The notes: a model not told the origin generated them from the letters alone. DNA of 64,000 nt from Eledone cirrhosa (GCA_964016885.1 OZ024743.1:49414001-49478000), one strand, 5' to 3'; positions 40,543 through 53,738 are shown, counted from the stretch's first letter. Numbers and translations are program-made.

Positions 40543-40728
40543 TGATATTTATCAACAGAAATCGTATTTGTCACGGAATTTAGTGATTTTCTTTAAATCT
40601 GTCACGTGGGAATTTTTTTTTATCATTTGTGAATTTTTCCAATTATCTATCATTGCTTTTTACAGTTTAGATATGCACCACACACTGTATAGTTTGTTAC
40701 AACAGTGGCATTACATAGATAAGATTTG
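40543..40728 (+). CDS. Possible internal exon (hydrophobic), phase-compatible with 27821-27990
   Basis: ttttccag|T GAT...ATT TG|gtgggt, 186 nt, phase 2-2, reading DIYQQKSYLSRNLVIFFKSVTWEFFFIICEFFQLSIIAFYSLDMHHTLYSLLQQWHYIDKI. An alternative acceptor lies at 40535. Confidence 0.3.
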
Positions 40729-41916
40729 GTGGGTTTGATACACACTCATATAGTCTGCCATATGTATACATGGGGCAGCCAGAGTACTCCAATGACCACA
40801 ATCAGTTGCATCTATCAATACATCATGCATAGTATATGGTAATTTCTAGGTGTTACCACTCATGAACAACCTACATATAACTGTCCATGGGTAAAAACAG
40901 ATTCTCTCATATACAATCCTACAACTTAGAAACTCTGACCCTAAGCTTTATTTATAGTCATAGCAAAACTGGTTCTAACAGGGAACTGAAGTCTTGAGAT
41001 TTTGAATGACAGCTTGGTAGAGGAAGGGATAAGAGGAATCTTAGGAATAAATGCATTTTCTCCCTGATGTTTACCTCCAGTAATAGTGACTTATAAGAGA
41101 TGGTTTATCATCGGCTTGACTGTTAAGCGTGTGTCATTGCATAGATGTGGTAGATTCAGGTTTCTTAAAAGGATGATTGGAGTTCCAATCTTTTATATTA
41201 TAGATAATTGTATATAAATGTGTGTGTGTAAACCAGCGTTTGAATCTATGGTGACGCTGGCCACAAAACACGGACATTGCTGCCAACTCAGAGAGAATCC
41301 CTTATGGTTGTCTCCCAACCTGCTAGAAATAGCAGCCAGGCTGATTAGCATACCCAAGATGTTTTTCTTCTGGTTTGATGTTATAAAATGAATATCAGTA
41401 AACCTTTCTGGGTATACCCTTATTCCATTGGTGTACTTACTTTTTTGATTGTCAGTTTTCATTTTTGTGTGATACACAAAGACACCAAGCAACAAACCTC
41501 TCTCTTTTATATTATATATAGATGACTTTTTACATTCTGCTGAGGTCAATTTTACCTGCCACTCCTCTAAGTTTAATAAAACAAAGTACTAGCCATGTAC
41601 TGCAGTCAATTTACATCCCAGCAATGCAGCATAGAATTAAAATAGAAGACAGCATAGTTTAATCTAAACATACACATGAATACTTCCATTTTCTTTTATT
41701 GGTATGCTAAGATTTTTTTCTATTCTCATGATTTAGTCATATTGGTAAATTATCCACAGAAATGGTAATGTGAATCTCTCTATTTTCTTTTTTCTTTGGG
41801 TGTTATTAATATCTCAGCATTCTTCTTGGCATCTCAGTTATCTAAGAAGACTGACTTTCTGCCGAAAGGTTGATTATTTCATGTAAAATTGTAATAAAGA
41901 GAATACTTCACTGATA

Positions 41917-41962
<46 letters not shown>

Positions 41963-42317
41963 AGTGTGTGTGAGAGAGAGAGACACACAAGAGCAAGAGG
42001 GGCCTTGTCTGTTGACATTGAGAGCTGTGTTGTGGCATCATCTTATCTTGTATATCATCATTGATGTGTTATATGTGTACCATTACACTGGTGGTGTGTT
42101 GTATGTGTACCATTACACTGGTTGTGTGTACCATTACACTGGTGGTGTGTACCATTACAGTCAATTAAGCTACTCTGTAATAATGTCTGCTATAGTACAA
42201 TACATTATAATTTAGCAAGTATAGGCCATTAAAAGGTTTTTATTACACAGCTGTCTTCATCTCAATGTTTCCTAATTTCTTCTGAACCCATTCTGGCTGG
42301 TCTTATTTTTTCCATTG

Positions 42318-43572
42318 ATTATATATGTATGGATGGATGGCTAAGATTATATATGGATGGATAAGATTATATATGGATGGATGGCTAAGATTATATATGT
42401 ATGGATGGATGGATAAGATTATATATGTATGGATGGATGGATAAGATTATATATGTATGGATGGATGGCTAAGATTATATATGTATGGATGGATGGCTAA
42501 GATTATATATGTATGGATGGATGGCTAAGATTATATATGTATGGATGGATGGATAAGATTATATATGTATGGATGGATGGATAAGATTATATATGTATGT
42601 ATGGATGGATGGCTAAGATTATATATGTATGGATGGATGGCTAAGATTATATATGTATGGATGGATGGCTAAGATTATATATGTATGGATGGATGGATAA
42701 GATTATATATGTATGGATGGATGGATAAGATTATATATGTATGGATGGATGGATAAGATTATATATGTATGGATGGATAAGATTATATATGTATGGATGG
42801 ATGGATAAGATTATATATGGATGGATGGATAAGATTATATATGGATGGATGGATAAGATTATATATGTATGGATGGATGGATGGATAAGATTATATATGG
42901 ATGGATGGCTAAGATTATATATGGATGGATGGATAAGATTATATATGAATGGATGGATAAGATTATATATGGATGGATGGCTAAGATTATATATGGATGG
43001 ATGGATGGCTAAGATTATATATGGATGGATGGATGGCTAAGATTATATATGGATGGATGGATAAGATTATATATGGATGGATGGATGGATAAGATTATAT
43101 ATGGATGGATGGATAAGATTATATATGGATGGATGGATGGATAAGATTATATATGGATGGATGGATAAGATTATATATGGATGGATGGATGGCTAAGATT
43201 ATATATGGATGGATGGATGGATAAGATTATATATGGATGGATGGATGGCTAAGATTATATATGGATGGATGGATGGATAAGATTATATATGGATGGATGG
43301 ATGGATGGATAAGATTATATATGTATGGATGGATGGATAAGATTATATATGGATGTATAAGATTATATATGGATGGATGGATGGATAAGATTATATATGT
43401 ATGGATGGATGGATAAGATTATATATGGATGGATGGATGGCTAAGATTATATATGGATGGATGGATAAGATTATATATGGATGGATGGATGGATAAGATT
43501 AAATATGGATGGATGGATGGATGGATGGATGGATGGATGGATAAGATTATATATGTTTGGATGGATAAGATA
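42318..43572. repeat. Compound minisatellite aagattatatat(gtat)(ggat)n
   Basis: Units of about 20-36 bp with a variable GGAT count. Confidence 0.97.
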
Positions 43573-44114
43573 CAAAATATTAACAAAGGGCAATAACCCA
43601 GAAACAATATTATTGTTGGTTGTTCCTGTCACCGCTAGAGAACAAAAGGATGGAGATGGTCGTCTAAAACACAACAACATAATGAGGCTGTTTACTTGCA
43701 AACGAATCGTATATTATCATTATTTCATATAAAACTCACAAATGCATTTATATATATATATATATATACATACAGATATATTGTGTGTGTTGTGTGTGTA
43801 TTTATATATATATATATATATCCGTGTGAGCGAGACATGGTCTCCCGACCATTCTGGCATCAAATGAAACAAAACCGTCTAACCCATGCTAGTGTGGAAG
43901 ATGGACGTTAAACGATGATGATGATGATGCAAGCATGGAAAAGCAGTAATGAAATGATGATATACATGTGTATATATACTTTTGTAAAGGTTTAACTTGT
44001 ACAATGTTTCTGTATAAGTGTGAGAGTTACTAAAGCAGTGTATGTATATTACTATGTGCTTGTGTATGCATGTATGTATTCATAGATGTAAGTAAATATG
44101 TATGTATGTTCGTA

Positions 44115-44154
<40 letters not shown>

Positions 44155-44300
44155 GCCTGTGCATATTAACAAACAGTTTCTATGAAAAGCAATGTCGATT
44201 TCTTCCATAAATGACAGTAAAAAGTAAAAATCTATTTTGGAATACTTTTTTTCTTATTTAACATAAAACAACAAAAAATAATAATGAAACCCTCGAATTA

Positions 44301-44400
44301 TTTCTAAAAGCATCTTTTCTTTTTTTCACAGGTAAGTAGTTGCTGTGAGTGACTGGTTGTAGACATATTCCTGCAAGCATAGACCGAACTTCAGGTAGGA
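44301..44400 (+). other. Candidate recursive splice site (3'ss abutting 5'ss) with cryptic exon
   Basis: tcttttctttttttcacAG|GTAAGT at 44331/44332, with a downstream donor cag|gtagga at 44395. Confidence 0.45.
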
Positions 44401-44811
44401 ATTTATCTGCAATATTACCGCTTGTCTGAGACAGGATTCCTCAATAGAAGAACATCGGTTGTTTAAAGTGGTTGCAGTTTGTTCCAGAAATATTTTGGTG
44501 AAGATTGACTGATGTAATGGAACCATCTCAAGGTTAAGCACTGCACTCTGGAGTAGCTATTAAATAATATTAAGAAAGTATAAGATCAAAAAATACAACT
44601 TACTCCTTGGTTGTGTATGTCTGCATGCATACATATGTATGTTTTCATCCATGAAGAGATACATACGTATGTACGTGCATGCATGCATGCATTCATACAT
44701 ACCTACACACACACCCACACAGACGCACAATGATAGAATGAATATTTGTAAAACATGCCAAAGATTTGAGTTTCCTGGAATGAACACTTTCATGCAATCA
44801 CATAAGTGTGG

Positions 44812-45009
<198 letters not shown>

Positions 45010-45285
45010 CTAACTTACAGACATATTCACAAGTATTGTGGTACATTCTTGACTCAAATATAAGTGTCTTGTCACTTTCTATGACTTGATATCCTTTTTA
45101 ATGTCAACCACTTTACAGAGTGTAATGGGTGCATTTTATCATGGCACTATCATAGAACAAGTACTATCCTATACTATATGGAAATAAGCTTTCAACAAAA
45201 ATAGTTTGTTTAGAAAAGCTATAAGACTTTCAATATTTCAGAGTATGTATTTGCTGAAGTTTGACAAAAACCCTGAAATACATGT

Positions 45286-45468
45286 TTAACCCTTTAGCAT
45301 TTAAACCAGCCATATCCGGTCAGAATTCTCTCACCTCTTTCTGTTCAAACTGGTCGTAACTGACCACTCATATTGATGTTAAAGTATTGTTCTCAAAATA
45401 AATAATATCAAAATTTCATAGATTCAATATTATGTGTGAAAATACAATAATAAATATAGAGTAATGTA
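45286..45468 (-). mobile_element. TTAA MITE, family A, truncated
   Basis: One TIR (ttaaccctttagcattta) plus interior sequence. Confidence 0.8.
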
Positions 45469-45684
45469 TAAAGGAGCAACTGAAGTGCAGGTGGGGGTCC
45501 ACAAGGATCAGTTCTCAGCTGTTTATCAGGTCATCACTGAAGAGTTTAAAACTGGCACTCCATGGGAGCTCCTATATGCTAACGACCTAGTCCTCATAGC
45601 TGAATGTGTATTAGAAGAAAGATTTCAAGCATAGAAAAACCTAGAGTTGAGGGGCCCAAAAGTAAATTTAGCAACAACAAAGGT

Positions 45685-45913
45685 TTAACCTTTTAACATT
45701 CACATTACTCTATATATACTATTATATTTTCATGGTAAAGGCTTTACCTCACATAATTATCTCACATAATATCGAATCTATGAGATTTTGAAAGTATTTA
45801 TTTTGAGAACAATACCTTAACATCAGTTTGAGCGACCAGTTACAGCCAGTTTCAACAGAAGGAGGTAGAGAATTCTGGCCGGTTTTGGCCGGTTTTAACA
45901 TTAAAGGGGTTAA
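45685..45913 (+). mobile_element. TTAA MITE, family A
   Basis: ttaaccttttaacatt...cattaaaggggttaa, inserted at a TTAA inside the RTE fragment. Confidence 0.88.
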
Positions 45914-45931
45914 ATAAGTAGAAAAAGAAGA

Positions 45932-46060
45932 CTGGAAGGTGATACCATCTGGAAGGTGATACCATCTGGAAGGTGATACCATCTGGAAGGTGATACCATC
46001 TGGAAGGTGATTCCATCAGGAAGGTGATTCCATCAGGAAGGTGATTCCATCAGGAAGGTG
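45932..46060. repeat. 17-bp minisatellite, about 7.5 copies
   Basis: Units ctggaaggtgataccat and caggaaggtgattccat. Confidence 0.95.
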
Positions 46061-46479
46061 GCCTTGTTCGATATGTCAGAAAGGGTGGGCAGAAAAATGC
46101 CTGGTAGATCAGTAGCTTTGCTTCAGTACTGATTTGGTTTATGTAGACCCATCCAACCCTTACTAGCAGGGAAAGTGGACGATGATGATGATACTCTCAT
46201 AGATACACAACTACACACACATGTTCACACGCACCATTGCCCACATCAGACATAAATCAGTTGATGAACCTGGTATTCCTGCTTCAGTTACACTTGTGGA
46301 TGGAGACAAACTACTAGAAATAGTAGCCAAATCTTCCTCAAATCACACACAAGTCCTAGTATACTATAAGATACAGTGGTTACAGTGATATGTCACCGAC
46401 CATAGATCTGTGTTCTCTTCCAGGACTGACCTAGGGCTAAACAATTACTGTTGTCCAGAGTACTTTTATTGGTTTAGTA

Positions 46480-47856
46480 ATGGTGGTGGTAGGAGTTGAT
46501 ATAGTTGAGGTGGTGACTGTTGTGGTAGTTGTAGTAGTAGTAGCTGCAGCAGTAGTGGTAGCAGCAGCAGCAGTAGTGGTGGTAGTAGTAGTAGTGGTGG
46601 TAGCAACAGCACCAGCAGTAGTAGTAATAGTAGTAGTAGCAACAGCAGCATTATTATTATTAGTAGTAGTAATAATGCTGCTTATTAGTAGTAGTAGTGG
46701 TAGAAACAGCAGCAGTATTAGTAGTAGTAGTAGTAGCAGCAGCAGCAGCAACCATTGTAGTAGTTATAGTGGTAACAGCAGTAGTAGTAGTAGTTATAGT
46801 AGTAGTAGTAGTAGTTATAGCAGTAACAGTAGTAGTAGTAGTAGTTATAATGGTAACAGCAGTAGTAGTTATAATGGTAACAGCAGTAGCAGTAGTAGTA
46901 GTTATAGTAGTAGTAGTAGGAACAGTAGTAGTAGTAGGAACAGCAGTAACAATAGTAGTAGTAGTAGTTATAGTAGTAGTAGTAGTAGGAACAGTAGTAA
47001 CAGTAGTAGTAGTAGTAACAGCAGTAACAATAGTAGTTATAGTAGTAGTAGTAGTAGTAGTAGTAACAGTAGTAGTAGTAGTTATAGTAGTAGTGGTAGT
47101 CGTAACAATAGTTATAGTAGTAACAGCAACAACAGTATTAGCAGCAGTAGTTGTAGTAGTAACAGTAGTAGTAGAAGTTATTGTAGTAACAGTAGTAGTA
47201 GTAGTAGTTATAGTAGTAACAGTAGTAGTAGTTATAATGGTAACAGCAGTAGTAGTAGTAGTTATAATGGTAACAGCAGTAGTAGTAGTTATAGTAGTAG
47301 TAGGAACAGTAGTAGTAGTAACAGCAGTAACAATAGTAGTTGTAGTAGTAGTAGTAGTAGTAGTAACAGCAGTAACAATAGTAGTTATAGTAGTAGTAGT
47401 AGTAGTAGTAGTAGTAACAGTAGTAGTAGTAGTTATAGTAGTAGTGGTAGTCGTAACAATAGTTATAGTAGTAACAGCAACAACAGTATTAGCAGCAGCA
47501 GTAGTTGTAGTAGTAACAGTAGTAGTAGAAGTTATTGTAGTAACAGTAGTAGTGGTAGTAGTTATAGTAGTAACAGTAGTAGTAGTTATAGTAGTAACAG
47601 CAGTAACAATAGTAGTAGTAGTAGTAGTAACAGTAGTAGTTGTAGTAGTTACAGTAGTAGTAGTAGTAGTTATAGTAGTAGTAGTTATAGTAGTAACAGC
47701 AGTAACAATAGTAGTAGTAGTTATAGTAGTAGTAGTAGTAGTTATAGTAGTAACAGTAGTAGTTATAGTAGTAACAGTAGTAGTAGTAGTTATAGTAGTA
47801 ACAGTAGTAGTAGTAGTTATAGTAGTAACAGTAGTAGTAGTAGTTATAGTAGTAAC

Positions 47857-47887
<31 letters not shown>

Positions 47888-48088
47888 ACAGTAGTAACAG
47901 TAGTAGTAGTAGTAGTTATAGTAGTAACAGTAGTAGTAGTAGTAGTATAGTAGTAGTTATAGTAGTAACAGCAGTAACAGTATTAGTAACAGTAGTAGTA
48001 GTTATAGTAGTAACAGCAGTAACAATAGTAGTAGTTATAGTAGTAGTAGTAGTAGTAGTAGTAGTTATAGTAGTAACAGTAGTAGTAT
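46480..48088. repeat. Degenerate (AGT)n triplet tract
   Basis: agt/aac/tat low-complexity sequence with internal block duplications. Confidence 0.97.
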
Positions 48089-48280
48089 AAATAGTATCTA
48101 TATTCTACCAGCCACCATATTAAGTATCAATTTTATTGATGTTTTCTATAGAAATTCATTAAATTGCTCTTTTTTTAAAGATTTTTCTCACCATTTCCAA
48201 TCTCAATATTTATGGGTTTCTATCTCTATATATGTAGACTATATATCATATTACAGTCCACTGTGCCAAAAGTAGAAACA

Positions 48281-48401
48281 AGTATCTATTTTGAGAACAA
48301 TACCTTAACATTGGTATGAGTGGCTAGTTTCAGCCAGTTTCAAGAGAAAGAAGTGAGAGAATTCTGGCCAGATATGGCTGGTTTAAATGCTAAAGTGTTA
48401 A
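48281..48401 (+). mobile_element. TTAA MITE, family A, right half only
   Basis: ttttgagaacaataccttaac...gtttaaatgctaaagtgttaa. Confidence 0.75.
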
Positions 48402-48663
48402 GTCTGTCACCCAACTAGATGACAGCAAGATTTGATCTCAGAACACAGAGAGTCAGAACAAGTACCGCAACGCATCTCATCTCACACTCTCACAATTCTG
48501 CTAATATATATATATGTTTAAAGTAAGTGGTGCTGTTTGTTTATGTCCCACATAAAAGATACACCCAGCAGTGTACTGGTTCAACTAACATCAGTAATAT
48601 ATATACTTAAAAAAAGTATGGGTCAATGTCAGGAAAAGCATTTTGCTGTAGAAAAAAAAAAAC

Positions 48664-48940
48664 TTCTTATTCTTCTTCTTTCTTCTTTCTTCCTTCTTTT
48701 TCTTCTTTCTTCTTTCTTCTTCTTCTTTCTTTTTCTTTTCTTTTTCTTCTTTCCTTTTCTTTCTTTATCTTCTTTCTTCTTCTTTTTTTCTTTTTTTCTT
48801 CGTTTTCTTTCTTCTTCTTTTTCTTCTTCTTCTTCTTCTTCTTTTCTTCTTCTTTTCTTCTTCTTCTTCATCATCTTCTTTTCTTCTTCTTCATTTCTTC
48901 TTCATCATCTTCTTTTCTTCTTTTCTTCTTTTTCTTTTTC
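48664..48940. repeat. (TTC)n polypyrimidine tract
   Basis: Almost pure C/T. Confidence 0.97.
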
Positions 48941-49417
48941 AAGACAAGACAGCATGCAGTATTCCATACCCCACCCACCACTACAATATGTCACATGTAA
49001 TGCCTGCCACACCATGGTTACCAACCTTTTGTTGTCCCTCACAACTGTTCACCCCTCTAACCTGACCTATGGTAACTAAAGAAATAGCCACTGACTTTGG
49101 AACAGTATAACCAGATTAGCTTCGGAATCTGGTTTCCATGACTTCAGAAATCATATCTGGATTAAGTCTGTCTATTGGATGAGGATGATCTGGATTAGAA
49201 GATGATTTTAGCCAACTAACTGTGGTGAAGGTAGTTGTAATGGTCAGAACAGTGAAATATGAAGGATTGTGGGACAGTGTAGATGTCGGTGTAGTGAGTG
49301 TAATACTTCACAGTTGAGTTCAATGACCGTATTTGTTAGTTTATGTGAGAATGTTGTGTATGCGTATATATATATATATATATAGTGTGTGTGTGTATAT
49401 ATATATATGTATATAAA

Positions 49418-50984
49418 CTATCTGAGTCAATCTCGGTTGAAATTGGTGTCAAGCAAGGTGATGTACCTGCACCAACTTTGCCTTGTATTTTGCAATGGTG
49501 TTCTTCATGGCCTTCAAGGATTGTCAACAAGGTATCTATCTCAGATATCGCACTTCCGGCAAGCTGTTTAACCTTAGGTGTCTCACTGCCAACACTAAGG
49601 TACTGACTACCTTAATCAAAGATTTTCTGTATGCAGATGATTGTGATCTCTTTGCACATTCCCAGAGTGACATGCAACACCTTATGGATTCTTTTTCCAA
49701 TGTGTGCAGTGCTTTGGGACTGACAATCAGTCTGAAGAAGACTGTCGTCATGTACCAACCTGCTCCGAATAAAATTTTCAATGAACCCTCCATATATGTA
49801 TACAGTCAAAAGCTGAAGGTTACTGACAGATTTGTGTATTTGGGGAGTACTCTGAGTGTGACCTGCTCTCTGGATGCAGAAGTTGGTCTGTGTGAGTTAT
49901 TTGGAAGGCTCAGCAACCGCCTGTGGTGCAGGCGAGGAATCACAATGAAAGTGTATGCTGCATGTGTACTGTCAGCATTGCTGTATGCGTGTGAGACATG
50001 GGTTGCCTACAAATGGCATATCAAAAGACTGGAACAATTTCACCAACAGTGTCTCAGAAAGATGCTCAGTTTCAAGTGGCAGATGCATATGAGTGATGTT
50101 GAGGTCCTTGAGAGGTGAGTGTTGGGGCATTGAAAGTATCATGCACCAACAACGTTTGCAATGGACCGGACACCTCTGCAGAATGGAGGATGATCGAATC
50201 CCGAAACAACTTTTGTATGGCGAGCTTTGTAAAGGTAAGAGACCACCTCACAAACCAAGGCTCCAATTCAAGGATTGTGTAAAGGACTCATTGAAAAAAA
50301 CTGGTTTGATGATGGTTGACTGGGAGATAGAAGCTCTTGAAAGAGCAGGAGAAGATCAAACGGGTTGTGCGTAAGCAATGCCTTGGTGTATCTCTCAAAA
50401 CAATCAGTGTCACCATTGAATTGAAGTGCCTGAGTGTGGAAAAATTTGCTTGAGCAAATCTGGTCTCAGGAGCCACAGTCGTAGCCATGTTCAAAGGGAA
50501 CCAGTGAACTATGATCTCCACGGTACTGTGAAGGTTCACAGGCAACCTGATGCAAGACCTGAGGCCAGAGAGATCCATAGTTGTCATCAGTGTGTGAAGG
50601 AGTGCAAGTATCTAGCAGGCTTGAAAAGCCATATCCGAGCATCACACATCTGAATCTGACATGCGATTGCAATACTTTTAGCAGAGTTTGCAGCCATCAT
50701 ATGTGTCTATGTATGTGTATATGTATGTGTGTATATGTATGTATGTGTATATGTTTCACGGCACAGGCATTGCTTTATATCTGGAGATCTCTCTGCACTT
50801 GTCATCATATGGTACCATGGGCCCAGCACTATGTGTCAATAATTGTCACAAGTGTAGTGTTTGTACCAGAGTTTTCAAGTCGCTGGCTGGACTAAAAAGT
50901 CACACTCGTTCAGCGCATTGGTAGGGGTTCTCCTACATGGATATAAAGTAGTGGCCGTACTCGAAAACGAGTTGGCAGCCACCA
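49418..50984 (+). mobile_element. 5'-truncated RTE (BovB-like) LINE with C-terminal C2H2 zinc fingers
   Basis: GVKQG...APTL, YRTSGKLFNL, FLYADDC, GLTISLKKT, FVYLGS, LLYACETW, RLQWTGHLCRMEDDRIPKQLLYGEL, followed by C2H2 motifs. Frameshifts and stops present. Confidence 0.93.
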
Positions 50985-51012
50985 TATGTGCATATATATA
51001 TATATGTGTGTA

Positions 51013-51405
51013 TATCATCATTTTCATCATCATTTCATTTTACGTCCGCTTTTTCCCTGCTTGCAAGGGTGGGACGGGAACTGATTCTGGCTTGATTTCT
51101 ACAGCTGGATGCCCTTCCTAACACCAACCTCATTTACAGTGAGTGCTGGGTGCTTTTTTACCGTGGCACCTCCATGACCACTTTGCAGTGGAATGATAGG
51201 GACCTCAGTCCCTATCATCTCATTTCTACAGCTGAGTAAACTGGAACAATGTGAAATAAAGTGTCTTGCTCAAGGAAACAACACATCACCCGGTCTGAGA
51301 ATTGAACTCACAACCTTTCGATTGCAAGGCCAATGCTCTAACCACTAAGCCATATGCCTCCATATATGCCTCCATATATGTGTATATATATGCCATATGC
51401 CTCCA

Positions 51406-51464
<59 letters not shown>

Positions 51465-51730
51465 TTATATCATCATCGTTTAATGTCCATCTTCCATGCC
51501 AGCATGGGTTGGACAGGTTTGTCCCACTTGAGGTAAGATTAGTTGGGTGACCGTGTCTTGTTCCTATAGAACTGTTTCTGGCAGGTTTTCTACAACTGGA
51601 TGCCCTTCCTAACACCAAACACATTTACAGTGTGGACTGGAGCCTTTTCACCGTGTCTCCTACACGACCACTTTACAGTGTGGACTGGGTGCTTTTTGTC
51701 ATGTCACCTACACGACCACTTTACAGTGGA
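51013..51730 (-). mobile_element. Cluster of three SINEs (two with GAT tails, one CORE-like at 51210-51360)
   Basis: ggatgcccttcctaacacc cores at about 51110 and 51600. The reverse strand of 51210-51360 has tggcttagtggt (A box) and gagttcaattc (B box). Confidence 0.8.
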
Positions 51731-53086
51731 TGGAAGTGGGGGATGGATATATATGGGCTTTAAGGTGGCTGGGATGCCCTTTGTATCTAGCTGTGCACCA
51801 ATATCTTTAGGATATAATGTGTTTTCTAGCCAAGTTATATGTTATGGTAGGATAAGTAGCCTGATGAATGTTTTTACAGAGGTAGTGAATAAACTTTTAA
51901 AACATATCGTAGGACAGGGATTCAAAGAGAAATTTCTGATATGTTGTTTTCGTAGGTCCCTTGGTGCTAATAGGGATATTCTTGGAAAATTTAGGGTTAT
52001 TTCTAGTTTGCAGATGAGAGGTGTAGGACTTTGAAATTAACTTTTTATGGTAAGGGGGTAGAAACGTTTTTAAGTGAGAGTCCAAACAAATTTTGAGGGC
52101 GTTGCTTTCAGTTTGCTTTGAAAAACAATGGCCTGAATTTAATTTAATTCAATCTTAATTTTTATTTATTCACTTGAGATCAAAGTAAATTTGGTATATT
52201 TGCCATGAAGTGGTAATTTTTGTAAAAAAGTAAGGTATGTAATTTTACATTTAAACTGTTTGTATTGACTGTACAATATGACCTACTTTAGAATTTAGCT
52301 TTGTTTAGAATTCTATTAGTCTTTTGGTTTGACCAATACTTGACTGGAAGGTATCAGACAGTAGTGCCTCAGTGCTTACTTCCTCACTTTCTCTGTGTTT
52401 GCCTTAAAGAATGGTCACATTTTTGGAATGATTCAGATAGATAAGTTGTGATTTTATTTATTTTGCTAATCTCTGATTACGTGGTTGATCTTATATATAC
52501 ATGGAGGTTCATGTATATATTATTTAATCTTAATTATGTTTTACATTCATGTGTATATTATATCTATTTTATGTAAATACACAGATTTATACCTTTTGGG
52601 TCACCTTTTGTTATAGTATTTTCTGATATCATATTTATTTTTTCATCATGGATTCATTTCATTTCTTTCTTTAATAGTTTGGTATTTTCTTGATTATTAA
52701 TTTGGTTTTTATGTTATGTTGTGAGAACTAGAGTTCCCTATGCACAGTCTCACGTAATCTTAGTGAATAGTTTGAAGGTTTAATGTCAAGAGTTTATGGG
52801 AGAGGCCTATTATGTTATGGGGTTGTAGCCACTGCAGATAATCATAACTTTGGCTTTATTATATAGAAACTTTATCTGCAACTTGATAATGTGTCTTCCT
52901 CATAGGGTGGTTATTAAGCTCTGGTTGAATAAGCCTTGTCTGGGAGAATGGGTGGTCCACATATGTTTTGATATATTTCACAGGGGAGTATTGTTTGTTT
53001 GGCAGGCGTCATGTGTGTAGGTTGGCATTGTGTTTAGAGTATTTGCTGAGGGAGAGTTAACTAATTGGAGCAATAACAGTATTATT

Positions 53087-53132
<46 letters not shown>

Positions 53133-53600
53133 GTATGTATGTATGTATGTATATATGTATACACATCATCATCATCATTTTTACGTCCATTCTTTTCAAG
53201 CTTGCATGGACAGAAAGGTGAAAGAGAGAGAGAGAAGGATGATTTACAACCATTATATTGCAATTTGTCAAATTGTTTCTCCTGACTGCACCCATGACAA
53301 TTTCTTCACAGTTAATAATAATACACAATACTGGCAGTCTCTTTCATCTGCTGCAGTAATATGCTTGTATGCACACTTGTCTTCCCTCCATTTGTATACA
53401 CAGAAAGTTTAGTTTTAATATAGTATAAATGTTTGTTTGTTGTTCAGTCCTGTTAAATATCACTATATCACATGCTAAATTGTATAATAATGTATTTAAT
53501 TGAAAAATAATTGTATTTTAACAATTGGAGACTGTACAGTGTGTGTGTGTGTGAATATATATATAAAGCAAGTTTGTTTTGAAACTGAGCAAAGTTTGAA

Positions 53601-53685
53601 ATTTAGTAGAAATAGAAGCTTTTGCCATATTTTTGACTAAAGAAATTTCTTTAGTAAAAAATACGGTGAAAGCTTCTATCTCTAC

Positions 53686-53690
<5 letters not shown>
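53601..53690. repeat. 90-bp loopless palindrome
   Basis: 45-bp arms with 5 mismatches, centred on agaaa|tttct. Confidence 0.95.

Positions 53691-53738
<48 letters not shown>

Larger units (their letters stand above)
45470..46100 (+). mobile_element. RTE reverse-transcriptase fragment interrupted by a MITE and a minisatellite
   Basis: VQVGVH...EEFKTGTPWELLYANDLVLIAE...KVNLATTK, then after the MITE ISRK...IPSGRWPCSICQK. Confidence 0.85.

Noticed and set aside
49110-49205. HIWIKSVYW resembling a channel pore helix
   Set aside because: No selectivity-filter motif follows, a stop occurs shortly after, and splice sites are absent.
51780-52140. Semi-open minus-strand frame, possibly a retroelement remnant
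   Set aside because: No diagnostic motif recognised, and it contains stops.
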